From assembly GCF_035946395.1 (NCBI RefSeq), contig NZ_DASYZI010000140.1, positions 29 to 64,028 on the forward strand: 64,000 nucleotides of DNA. The letters run 5' to 3'. A program made the translations under genes and the position numbers. This stretch comes from Actinocrinis sp. (lineage in GTDB: Bacteria; Actinomycetota; Actinomycetes; Streptomycetales; Catenulisporaceae). This document shows positions 19,659-27,924 of the stretch, piece by piece. Positions within the stretch are counted from its first letter, which is position 1. Each line of letters begins with the position of its first letter. Below the pieces are notes generated by a model. That model was not told the origin of the DNA and made no database searches. It worked only from the letters and a program-made list of their open reading frames with translations.

Positions 19659-20113
19659 CCGCCTCCACCACCGACGCGGACGGCATTCGTGCCGCGGCCG
19701 CCGATTTCACCTGGATGGTCAGCCGCTTCGCCGCGGAGACCGCGGGCGTGGTCGACGCGATAGCGGTCTCCTCCGACGGACTGCTCATAGCCGTGTCCCG
19801 ACCGGGGGACCAGGCCGACTCCGAGCGGCTGGCCGCCATCGTCTCGGGCATCACCAGCCTCGCGATGGGGGCTGCGGGCAACTACGGGCTCGGCGCGCTC
19901 AACAAGGTCATCATCGACATGGCGGGCGGCCACCTGCTGGTCTCCTCTATTGGCAGCGGCTCGGTGCTCGGCGTGGTCGCCTCGAAGGACGCCAAGCTCG
20001 GCAACGTCGCGTACGAGATGACCCTGTTCGCCAACCGGGTCGGCACCATCCTGAGCCCGGCGCTGATCGTGGAGTTGAAGAACACCGTCGGCGCCGCCGG
20101 AGCGACGGGGTGA
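19655..20113 (+). CDS. Roadblock/LC7 protein (CvnB-like)
   Basis: AIAVSSDGLL and LAAIVSGITSL motifs; ATGA overlap with the kinase gene. Confidence 0.92.
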   Translation: MTASTTDADGIRAAAADFTWMVSRFAAETAGVVDAIAVSSDGLLIAVSRPGDQADSERLAAIVSGITSLAMGAAGNYGLGALNKVIIDMAGGHLLVSSIGSGSVLGVVASKDAKLGNVAYEMTLFANRVGTILSPALIVELKNTVGAAGATG

Positions 20114-20556
20114 GCAAGCAGGGCGGGCGGCAGCAGAACCCGGCGGGCCCGGCGGCGGGGCGCGACGGGGCGCCGCAGGGCGCCGGCGCGGATCGCGCCT
20201 CGGCGGTCCGCCCGTTCATGGTCACCGACGGCCGGGTCGCCGCCGAGGCGGGCCTGCCGGTCGAGACGCAGGTGGTGGCGACCGCCGAGGGACTCGGGAA
20301 GATCGGCGCGCTGGCCTTCGAGCGGCGCGCGATCGTCGAGGCCTGCGGCGCCCCGCTGTCCCTGGCCGAGGTGGCCGTCAAGCTTCGACTGCATCTCAAC
20401 GTGGTCCGGGTGCTCGCGGGGGACCTCCGGGCCGGCCAGTTCCTGGCGGTGCACGTGCCGCGTGCCGGCACGGCATCGGACATCGACGTACTGCGAAGGG
20501 TGATCGATGGACTCCGCGCCATCCCCACTTCCGTCGGCTCACGGGATGCCGACTGA
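20110..20556 (+). CDS. DUF742 protein (CvnC-like)
   Basis: GTGA overlap with cvnB; VRPFMVTDGR and SLAEVAVKLRLHLNVVRVL.GDL motifs. Confidence 0.88.
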   Translation: MSKQGGRQQNPAGPAAGRDGAPQGAGADRASAVRPFMVTDGRVAAEAGLPVETQVVATAEGLGKIGALAFERRAIVEACGAPLSLAEVAVKLRLHLNVVRVLAGDLRAGQFLAVHVPRAGTASDIDVLRRVIDGLRAIPTSVGSRDAD

Positions 20557-21139
20557 GGTGTACACAGAGACGGTGCCGGCCACGCGACCGCCGCTGCCGG
20601 TCAAGATGGTCGTCGCCGGCGGCTTCGGGGTCGGCAAGACCACGGCCGTCGCCTCGGTCTCCGAGATCGAGCCGCTGACCACCGAGGCCTCGATCACCGA
20701 GGTCGCCTCCGGCGTCGACGACGTCTCGCTGACCCCGAACAAGACCACCACCACGGTGGCGATGGACTTCGGCTGCCTCACGCTCGACCCGACGCTCAAG
20801 CTGTACCTGTTCGGCACGCCGGGCCAGGACCGCTTCGGCTTCATGTGGGACGACGTGACCGAGGGCGCGCTCGGCGCCCTGGTCGTGGTGGACAGCCGGC
20901 GCCTGGACGACTGCTTCCCCGCGGTGGACTACTTCGAGCGCAAGGGCATGCCGTTCGCCGTCGCGGTCAACACGTTCGACGGTGAACTCACCCACCCGAT
21001 CGACGCGGTACGCGAGGCACTGGATGTGGTCGACGAGGTACCGGTTATCTCATTCGACGCGAGGGACCAAGGCTCGGTACGCGATTCACTGGTCGTGGTG
21101 CTTGAGCACGCTTTGGCGCGAGCAGTCGCCGCCGCATGA
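20546..21139 (+). CDS. Small ATP/GTP-binding protein (CvnD-like)
   Basis: GGFGVGKTT (G1), TTVAMDFG (G2), GTPGQDRF (G3) and AVNTFD (G4). Confidence 0.93.
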   Translation: MPTEVYTETVPATRPPLPVKMVVAGGFGVGKTTAVASVSEIEPLTTEASITEVASGVDDVSLTPNKTTTTVAMDFGCLTLDPTLKLYLFGTPGQDRFGFMWDDVTEGALGALVVVDSRRLDDCFPAVDYFERKGMPFAVAVNTFDGELTHPIDAVREALDVVDEVPVISFDARDQGSVRDSLVVVLEHALARAVAAA

Positions 21140-21202
21140 GGCAGTACGGGATCAGAAGCGTGCGCCGAAAATGCGGCGGTAGGAATTTCGAACCAATCGA
21201 GT

Positions 21203-21260
21203 GCACGTTTGTGCAAACGGCCCCGGGATGAATTTCCCGGGGCCGTTTGCACAAACGTGC
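21203..21260. terminator. Perfect 26-bp inverted repeat, probable bidirectional terminator
   Basis: GCACGTTTGTGCAAACGGCCCCGGGA (21203-21228) and its exact reverse complement (21235-21260), with a 6-nt loop, between convergent genes. Confidence 0.8.
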
Positions 21261-21309
21261 GATGGCGGGTACTGATTCGGCTTTTCCGCTTTCCGCCCGG
21301 GTGACCGGT

Positions 21310-21981
21310 TCAGTCGCGGCGGCGCAGGCCGGGTGAGACCAGCAGCCGGGAAAGCAGCGCGAACAGGGCGAGCGTCGCCAAGGAGAGCATCGTGACCAGG
21401 AACGCCCCGCCGACGACCTGGTTGTAGTCGTACTCGAACAGGCCGTCCACCACGTAGCGGCCCAGGCCGCCGAAGGAGATGACCGCGGCGATCGTCGTGG
21501 TCGCCACCACCTGCACCGCCGCGGTGCGCAGCCCGCTGAGGATCAGCGGCAGCGCGGAAGGGACCTCGACCCGCAGCAGGATCTGCATCGGCCGCATGCC
21601 CATCCCGCGCGCCGCGTCGACCACCGAGCGGTCGACCGCGCGCAGCCCCTCGTGCGTCGTCAGCAGGATCGGCGGAACGGCCAGCGCCACCAGCGGGATG
21701 AGTGCGGCGTAGAAGCTGAACACGCCGATCTTGACCGCCAGCAGCACGATGAGCCCGAGGCTCGGCATGGCCCGCCCGACCGCGGCCAGCGCCGAGATCG
21801 GGCCGTCGCCGCGCCCGGTGTGCCCGGTCAGGAAGGCCAGCGGCAGCGCGATCGCGGCGGCGCAGGCGATCATGATCAGCGAGTACCAGCAGTGCTCGGC
21901 CAGCCGCTGCCAGATGCTGTCGTAGCCGGAGTGGAACTTCGGGTCGCCGAAGAAGGCGCGGATGTCGTTGACCAGGTTCAC
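21310..21981 (-). CDS. Osmoprotectant ABC transporter permease
   Basis: GTG at 21981 overlaps the upstream stop; EAA-loop-like VVDAARGMGM; TM helices. Confidence 0.92.
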   Translation of the reverse strand: MNLVNDIRAFFGDPKFHSGYDSIWQRLAEHCWYSLIMIACAAAIALPLAFLTGHTGRGDGPISALAAVGRAMPSLGLIVLLAVKIGVFSFYAALIPLVALAVPPILLTTHEGLRAVDRSVVDAARGMGMRPMQILLRVEVPSALPLILSGLRTAAVQVVATTTIAAVISFGGLGRYVVDGLFEYDYNQVVGGAFLVTMLSLATLALFALLSRLLVSPGLRRRD

Positions 21982-22628
21982 GCGCGTGCGCCTCTCCGGT
22001 CGGCCCACGGGGTCAGCAGCCGCTGCACGCCGCGCAGCGCGACATCGGTCAGCAGGCCCAGCGCGAACAGGGTGAACAGGCCGAGCCAGACCAGGCGCTG
22101 GTCGAAGAAGCGCAGGCCCGTGATGAACAGCTCGCCGAAGCCGCCGAGGTTGCCGAGCACCGCGCCGACGCTCATCAGGCTGATGCTGGAGACCGCGGCC
22201 ACCCGCACCGCGGCCATGATGTTCGGCGCGGCGATCGGCAGCTCCACCTGGAAGTAGCGGCGCGCCGGGCCGAAGCCCATGGCGTCCGCGGCGATGCGCA
22301 CCTCCGGCGGCACCGCCCGGATGCCGTCCACCACGCCGGGCACCAGGACCGCCAGGCTGTAGACGGTCAGCGGGATGAAGATCGTGGTGTCGGTCAGCCC
22401 GAAGTAGTCGACCAGGAACACGAACAGCGCCAGCGACGGGATCGAGTACGCGATGGTGACCAGCGAGAGCACCGGCGGGTAGACGAACCGCCAGCGCGCG
22501 CTCGCCTGCCCGATCGGCAGCGAGATCAGCAGGCCCGCCCCGGTCGCGCCGAACGAGACCTTCAGCTGCTCGCCGAGCAGCCCGAGATAGGAGTGCTGGA
22601 TGTAGCTCGGCAGGTCGAAGATGCTCAT
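21978..22628 (-). CDS. Osmoprotectant ABC transporter permease
   Basis: ATGA overlap with the ATPase gene; YSIPSLALF and AADAMGF...RYFQVELP motifs. Confidence 0.92.
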   Translation of the reverse strand: MSIFDLPSYIQHSYLGLLGEQLKVSFGATGAGLLISLPIGQASARWRFVYPPVLSLVTIAYSIPSLALFVFLVDYFGLTDTTIFIPLTVYSLAVLVPGVVDGIRAVPPEVRIAADAMGFGPARRYFQVELPIAAPNIMAAVRVAAVSSISLMSVGAVLGNLGGFGELFITGLRFFDQRLVWLGLFTLFALGLLTDVALRGVQRLLTPWADRRGARA

Positions 22629-23812
22629 CGGGCCTGCTCCATCGGCGCCGCGGCCGTGTCCTGCGGCTGCGCCTCCTCGCGCTGCTGCTCCGCGCTCTTG
22701 CTCTCGTGGGCGTGCGCGGCGCGGATCGCCGCGGCGATCGCCTCCTGGCTGATCACGCCGAGCACCCGGCCGTCGGCGTCGGTGCCGACGGCCCAGCCGG
22801 TGGGGGAGAGCACCGCCGCGTCGAGGGCGGCGCGCAGCGAGTCGGTACCCGCGGCGAACGCGTGCCCGAATCCGGTCAGCCGGGCCCGGCCGATCGGTCC
22901 CTCGCCCGGCAGCGCGGCCGGGTCCGCCCAGCCCAGCGGTCGCCGGCCGGCGTCCACGACGAGCAGCCACGGCGTCCCCGCGGCGAGCGCCGCGTCGCGG
23001 GCGGACAGCGCGGGCGTGTCCGCCGCGACCACCGGCGCCTCGGTCAGGCTCAGCCCGTCGCTCGGATAGAAGGTGAGCCGGCGGATGCCCCGGTCCACGC
23101 CGAGGAACTGCTCCACGAACGCGTCCGCGGGCTCGGCCAGCAGCCGGTCCGGCGGGTCGAACTGGGCCAGCACGCCGCCGGCGCGCAGCACCGCGATCCG
23201 GTCGCCGAGCTTGACCGCCTCGTCGATGTCGTGCGTGACGAACAGGATCGTCTTGGCGATCTCCGACTGGATGCGCAGGAACTCCTCCTGGAGCCCCTTG
23301 CGTACGATCGGGTCCACCGCGGAGAACGGCTCGTCCATCAGCAGCACCGGCGGGTCGGCGGCCAGCGCTCTGGCCACCCCGACGCGCTGCTGCTGCCCGC
23401 CGGAGAGCTGGTACGGATACCGCTTGGCCAGCGCCGGGTCGAGTCCGACCAGGGCCATCAGCTCGTGCGCCCTGGCCCGCGCCGAGCGTTTGTCCCGGCC
23501 GAGCAGCCGGGGCACGGTGGCGATGTTGTCCACGACGGTCCGGTGCGGGAAGAGCCCGGCGTGCTGGATCACGTAGCCGATGGACCTGCGCAGCTCGGCG
23601 GCGGGCCGGGCGCGCACGTCCACCCCGTCGATCGCGATGCGGCCCTCGGTCGGCTCGATGAGCCGGTTGACCATGCGCAGTGAGGTCGTCTTGCCGCAGC
23701 CCGACGGGCCGACCAGCACCGTGATCGCCCCGTCCGGCGCGACGAGGCTCAGCTCGCTCACCGCGACCGTGCCGTCCGGATACCTTTTCGTCACCCGCTC
23801 GAAGGATATCAA
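22625..23812 (-). CDS. Osmoprotectant ABC transporter ATP-binding subunit (OpuCA/ProV-like)
   Basis: GGAG RBS and TTG start; GPSGCGKTT, LSGGQQQRVG, LLMDEPF and VTHD motifs. Confidence 0.95.
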   Translation of the reverse strand: MISFERVTKRYPDGTVAVSELSLVAPDGAITVLVGPSGCGKTTSLRMVNRLIEPTEGRIAIDGVDVRARPAAELRRSIGYVIQHAGLFPHRTVVDNIATVPRLLGRDKRSARARAHELMALVGLDPALAKRYPYQLSGGQQQRVGVARALAADPPVLLMDEPFSAVDPIVRKGLQEEFLRIQSEIAKTILFVTHDIDEAVKLGDRIAVLRAGGVLAQFDPPDRLLAEPADAFVEQFLGVDRGIRRLTFYPSDGLSLTEAPVVAADTPALSARDAALAAGTPWLLVVDAGRRPLGWADPAALPGEGPIGRARLTGFGHAFAAGTDSLRAALDAAVLSPTGWAVGTDADGRVLGVISQEAIAAAIRAAHAHESKSAEQQREEAQPQDTAAAPMEQAR

Positions 23813-24004
23813 GGTACTCCCTAACCAGGGCGGCCCGCGAAGCCTCAATCGTTCCCGGACGAAGTCGGGACTGTCAACCTGCGATATTAGCCGCCGGCGC
23901 AGACGGCATCGCGGCGGCTCTTCGAACAGGGATCCCGGCTACTGGTCACCGCTGCGGCGCGCCGGGGGCGCCAAACGGTCGCCAACCGGCAGGGTGTGGG
24001 ATAA

Positions 24005-25549
24005 ATGTTGAATATGGAACTCGCCGCCTCGCACCGCCGGCCGCTGCCCAACTCCGAACTGCTCGGTCCGGTCGATCCCGACGAGCACATCCAGGTCTCG
24101 CTTTATCTGCGGCGCCGACAGAACCTGCCCGCCGACGTGGCGGCCGGCCGGCTCCGGCTGACCCGCGACGAGTTGCGCACCCGCTACGGCGCGCACCCCG
24201 ACGACGTCGAGCACGTCCGCGAAGCCCTGGTACGGCACGGCATCGAGGTCGTCGAGGCGGACCCCGGCGCGCGCCGCATGGTGCTTGCGGGAGCTGTGTC
24301 AGCCTTCTGCGAAGCGTTCGGCACCGCGGTCTCCCGGGTGCGCACGGCGCACCCGCAGGCCCCGGACGGCGTGGCCCACCGCTACCGCACCGGGCCGCTG
24401 AACCTGCCGAACGCGCTGTCCGGTGTGGTCACCGCCGTGCTCGGGATCGACGACCGGCCACAGGCGCGCGCGCACTTCCGCTTCGCCGCCGCCGCGAGCG
24501 CCGCGACCTCGTACACGCCGGTGCAGGTCGGCACGGCCTACGGCTTCCCGGCCGGCTTCGACGGCTCGGGCCAGATCCTGGCGATCATCGAGCTCGGCGG
24601 CGGCTTCGCGCAGGGCGACCTCGACACGTACTTCGGCGGCCTGGGCCTGGCGACCCCCGCGGTGACCGCCGTTGCGGTGGACGGCGGCGCGAACAGCCCC
24701 ACCGGCGACCCGAACGGCCCGGACGGCGAGGTCCTGCTCGACATCGAGGTCGCCGGCGCGCTGGCCCCCGGCGCGGGCCAGGCGGTGTACTTCGCGCCGA
24801 ACACCGACCAGGGCTTCGTGGACGCGGTGGCCGCCGCCGCGCACGCCACCCCCGCCCCGGCCGCCATCTCGATCAGCTGGGGCGGCCCGGAGGACTCGTG
24901 GACCGCGCAGGCCCGCGACGCGCTCGACCAGGCCTGCGCCGACGCCGTGGCGCTCGGCGTGACGGTCCTGGCCGCCTCCGGCGACAACGGTTCGAGCGAC
25001 AACGCGCCGGACGGCGCGCCGCACTGCGACTTCCCGGCCTCCAGCCCGCACGTCCTCGGCTGCGGCGGCACCCGGCTGACCGTCGACGCGGCCGCATGGA
25101 ACGAAACCGTGTGGAACGAAACCGTGTGGAACGACGGCACCGGCGGCGGCGCGACCGGCGGCGGCGTCTCCACCGTCTTCCCGGCTCCGGACTGGCAGAC
25201 CAACGCCGGCGTCCCGTCCTCGGGCCGCGGGGTGCCTGATGTCGCGGGCAACGCGGACCCGCAGACCGGTTATCAGATCTACGTTGACGGCCAAGAGGGG
25301 GTCGTCGGCGGCACGAGCGCGGTGGCCCCGCTCTGGGCCGCGCTGGTGTGCCGCTTGGCGCAGCGGGCCGGCAAGCCGCTCGGCCTGCTCCAGCCGACGC
25401 TCTACGCGAATGTCGCCCCAGGCGTCGCGCAGCCCGGATTCCACGACATCACGCATGGCAACAACGGGGCGTATCGCGCAGGACCGGGCTGGGACGCGTG
25501 CACCGGCCTCGGCACCCCGGACGGTGGGACGCTCCAGGCTTTGTTCTGA
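24005..25549 (+). CDS. S53 (kumamolisin/sedolisin-like) serine-carboxyl peptidase with pro-domain
   Basis: GEVLLDIEV (Glu/Asp), SISWGG, ASGDNG, GGTSAVAP (catalytic Ser) and GWDACTGLGTP. Confidence 0.93.
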   Translation: MLNMELAASHRRPLPNSELLGPVDPDEHIQVSLYLRRRQNLPADVAAGRLRLTRDELRTRYGAHPDDVEHVREALVRHGIEVVEADPGARRMVLAGAVSAFCEAFGTAVSRVRTAHPQAPDGVAHRYRTGPLNLPNALSGVVTAVLGIDDRPQARAHFRFAAAASAATSYTPVQVGTAYGFPAGFDGSGQILAIIELGGGFAQGDLDTYFGGLGLATPAVTAVAVDGGANSPTGDPNGPDGEVLLDIEVAGALAPGAGQAVYFAPNTDQGFVDAVAAAAHATPAPAAISISWGGPEDSWTAQARDALDQACADAVALGVTVLAASGDNGSSDNAPDGAPHCDFPASSPHVLGCGGTRLTVDAAAWNETVWNETVWNDGTGGGATGGGVSTVFPAPDWQTNAGVPSSGRGVPDVAGNADPQTGYQIYVDGQEGVVGGTSAVAPLWAALVCRLAQRAGKPLGLLQPTLYANVAPGVAQPGFHDITHGNNGAYRAGPGWDACTGLGTPDGGTLQALF

Positions 25550-25610
25550 CGCTGTCTTTGTTCTGACGCCGTGCTCTTCTGACACTGTGCTTGTCTGACA
25601 TCTTTGTCCC
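25541..25610 (+). repeat. Degenerate tandem array of about 17-bp units (about 4 copies)
   Basis: TTGTTCTGACGCTGTCT / TTGTTCTGACGCCGTGC / TCTTCTGACACTGTGC / TTGTCTGACATCT. Confidence 0.75.
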
Positions 25611-26534
25611 ATGCGCGAACTGGTGGTGCTCGGCACGGCGAGCCAGGTCCCGACCCGCACCCGGAACCACAACGGCTACTTCCTGCGCTGGGACGACGAG
25701 GGTTTCCTGTTCGACCCCGGCGAGGGTACGCAGCGGCAGATGACGTTGGCGGGCGTCTCGGCGTCCGACGTTGACCGGATCTGCGTCACGCACTTCCACG
25801 GCGACCACTGCTTCGGCCTGCCCGGTGTCCTGGCCAGGGTCGCGCTCGACAACGTCGATCACCCGGTGCACTGCCACTATCCGGCGTCCGGACGAGAAGC
25901 CTTCGCGCGGCTGGCCTGGCGGTTCCCTGATCCGGACATGATGCTGCCCGGGGATCGCATCGAAGGGCCCGCAGAGGGGGAGCGGGCCGTCCTGGCCGAC
26001 GAGCGCTTCGGCCGGCTGAGCGCGGTCCGCCTGGACCACGGCATCGATGCCTACGGCTACCGCCTCACCGAACCGCGGGTGCTACGCATGCTGCCCGAAC
26101 AGTTGGCGGCGCGAGGCATCAGCGGTCCGGCAGTCGGTCGGCTTCAGCGAGAGGGCACGATCGAGCATGGCGTCCGGACCGTCACCCTCGGCGAAGTGAG
26201 TGTCATGCGTCCGGGCCAGGCCGTTGCGTTCGTCATGGACACGCGGTTGTGCGACGGCGTCTACGAACTGGCCGAAGGCGTGGACCTGCTCATCATCGAG
26301 TCGACGTTCCTGGCCGCGGACACCGCGCTCGCCGCCGCGTACGGCCATCTGACCGCGGGCCAAGCCGCGCGCGTCGCCGCCGAATGCGGGGTGCGCACGC
26401 TGGTGCTCACCCACTTCTCCCAGCGCTACCAGGACTCTGCCGCGTTCGAACTCGAAGCACGGGAGCACTTCGACGGCGAGCTTTACGTCGCCGAGGATCT
26501 AATGCGCGTGCCGGTACCCAAGCGCCGTGCGTAA
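25611..26534 (+). CDS. rnz: Ribonuclease Z
   Basis: [32 protein letters not shown] and HLTA...LTHFSQRY motifs. Confidence 0.93.
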   Translation: MRELVVLGTASQVPTRTRNHNGYFLRWDDEGFLFDPGEGTQRQMTLAGVSASDVDRICVTHFHGDHCFGLPGVLARVALDNVDHPVHCHYPASGREAFARLAWRFPDPDMMLPGDRIEGPAEGERAVLADERFGRLSAVRLDHGIDAYGYRLTEPRVLRMLPEQLAARGISGPAVGRLQREGTIEHGVRTVTLGEVSVMRPGQAVAFVMDTRLCDGVYELAEGVDLLIIESTFLAADTALAAAYGHLTAGQAARVAAECGVRTLVLTHFSQRYQDSAAFELEAREHFDGELYVAEDLMRVPVPKRRA

Positions 26535-26538
26535 AGCC

Positions 26539-27630
26539 TCAGTGCACCGGTGCGGACGCGCGTAACCCGGTCGCCAGGGGCAGGGTGTGCGCGAAGGCCA
26601 GATGATGCCGCCGGTCGCAGAACTCGACGAATCCGTCCCGCTCCTCCGCCGCGGCGTGCGTCGCGACCCGGGCGAGTTCGACCTCGGCCGCGTCGTGCCC
26701 GGAGACCGTCACATAACCGGCGATGGCCGGGCCGCGATCCTGCGGCGGGCCGGCCATGCCCACCACCACCGAGGTCGCGCCGCTCACCCCGGGCGGCAGG
26801 AAGGCCGAGCACGCGGCCGCGTCGAGGCCGCCGACGCCGCGCGGCCAGCGCTTGACCCAGCTGGTGGCGTGCCACCAGCTGGACAGCTGCCGCGGGCCGA
26901 CCAGCCCGGTGATCGCCACCGACCGGGGCGCGGTGGCGTCCACCTCGGTCGGCTGCCACGCGTTCTCGCCGGGGCGCGGGCCTATCGCGCCGCGGCCGGG
27001 CAGGATGAGCGCGCCGAGCAGCGCGGTCACCGCGTTGCGGTCCAGCGGCACCAGCGGGCCCAGCCGCGCGCCGCCGGTGCCGTTCGCGCTCAGCCGGGCG
27101 AAGACCTCACCGGCCGCCTGCGCCGCGATCGCGGTCAGCCCGCGCTCGCCCTGCGCGAACCGGGTCGCTTGGCTCACCAGTTCGGCCGTGTACGCAAACC
27201 CCGCGACAGCGTACGCGCGGGTACGCCCCGCCGGACCCGGTACCTGGCACAGCAGCTGAAGCCGGGTCAGCGGGACCGGGCTGGAGCCGGCGGCGACCAG
27301 CATCTCGCCGAGGCGTGCGCCGAGATCCCCGGCCTCGGGACCGCGCATCACCGCGGGGGAGATCTCGGCGACCGCCAGGATCGTGCCCGCGCCGCCGTGC
27401 AGGAACAGCGCCGGGTCTCGCGAGCCGGTGGGCGCCGGAAGCCAGTGCAGGCCGCCGATGCCGAAGGGCTCGGGGCGCCGGGCGGTCCACTTGGGCAGGT
27501 GCAGCAGATGCGAACGGGTGCGCCGGCGCCGGATCCACAGCGTGAAACCGCCGGGTGCGGGTCCCGGGGTGATCGCGGACCTGGCCGCGGGCCGGGCCAC
27601 CGTGTCCCGGTGCTGGGTCTGCGGGTTCAT
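26539..27630 (-). CDS. Type VII secretion EccE-like protein lacking the N-terminal TM helices
   Basis: Collinear similarity, recalled from memory, to actinomycete EccE: LQLLCQV, WHATSWVKRWP, GYVTVSG and a terminal HTLPLATG. Confidence 0.6.
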   Translation of the reverse strand: MNPQTQHRDTVARPAARSAITPGPAPGGFTLWIRRRRTRSHLLHLPKWTARRPEPFGIGGLHWLPAPTGSRDPALFLHGGAGTILAVAEISPAVMRGPEAGDLGARLGEMLVAAGSSPVPLTRLQLLCQVPGPAGRTRAYAVAGFAYTAELVSQATRFAQGERGLTAIAAQAAGEVFARLSANGTGGARLGPLVPLDRNAVTALLGALILPGRGAIGPRPGENAWQPTEVDATAPRSVAITGLVGPRQLSSWWHATSWVKRWPRGVGGLDAAACSAFLPPGVSGATSVVVGMAGPPQDRGPAIAGYVTVSGHDAAEVELARVATHAAAEERDGFVEFCDRRHHLAFAHTLPLATGLRASAPVH

Positions 27631-27924
27631 GGTGCCCCGCCCGAGCGGCCGCCGAGGCACGATGAGCGAGTTTGTGGCGCCACGTGCGCAGTGTCGCACA
27701 GCCTCGGGGCACCTCGCAGGCGACCTGCCGCGCCGGGTCGCGCCGAGGTCACGCTCGGCTGACGTCTTGTCTGCCCAGCGTAGCGCTGGTAACTTGCGGA
27801 TCGGTGCTCTGCGATGGCCGGTATCGGCCGCCGCCGGGCCCGGGAAAGTCCGTGTCCCAGGGGGAGCAGGCGGCACGTCGGCTCCGCCGCCGCCAGCAGC
27901 CCTCGCTCGTGTAGGGGGAGGACG

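Noticed and set aside
17159-21308. Target-site duplication flanking the conservon (CCGCCGAGTGACCGG near 17160 versus CCGCCCGGGTGACCGG near 21293)
   Set aside because: The match is imperfect and GC-rich, so likely by chance, and there is no recombinase gene.
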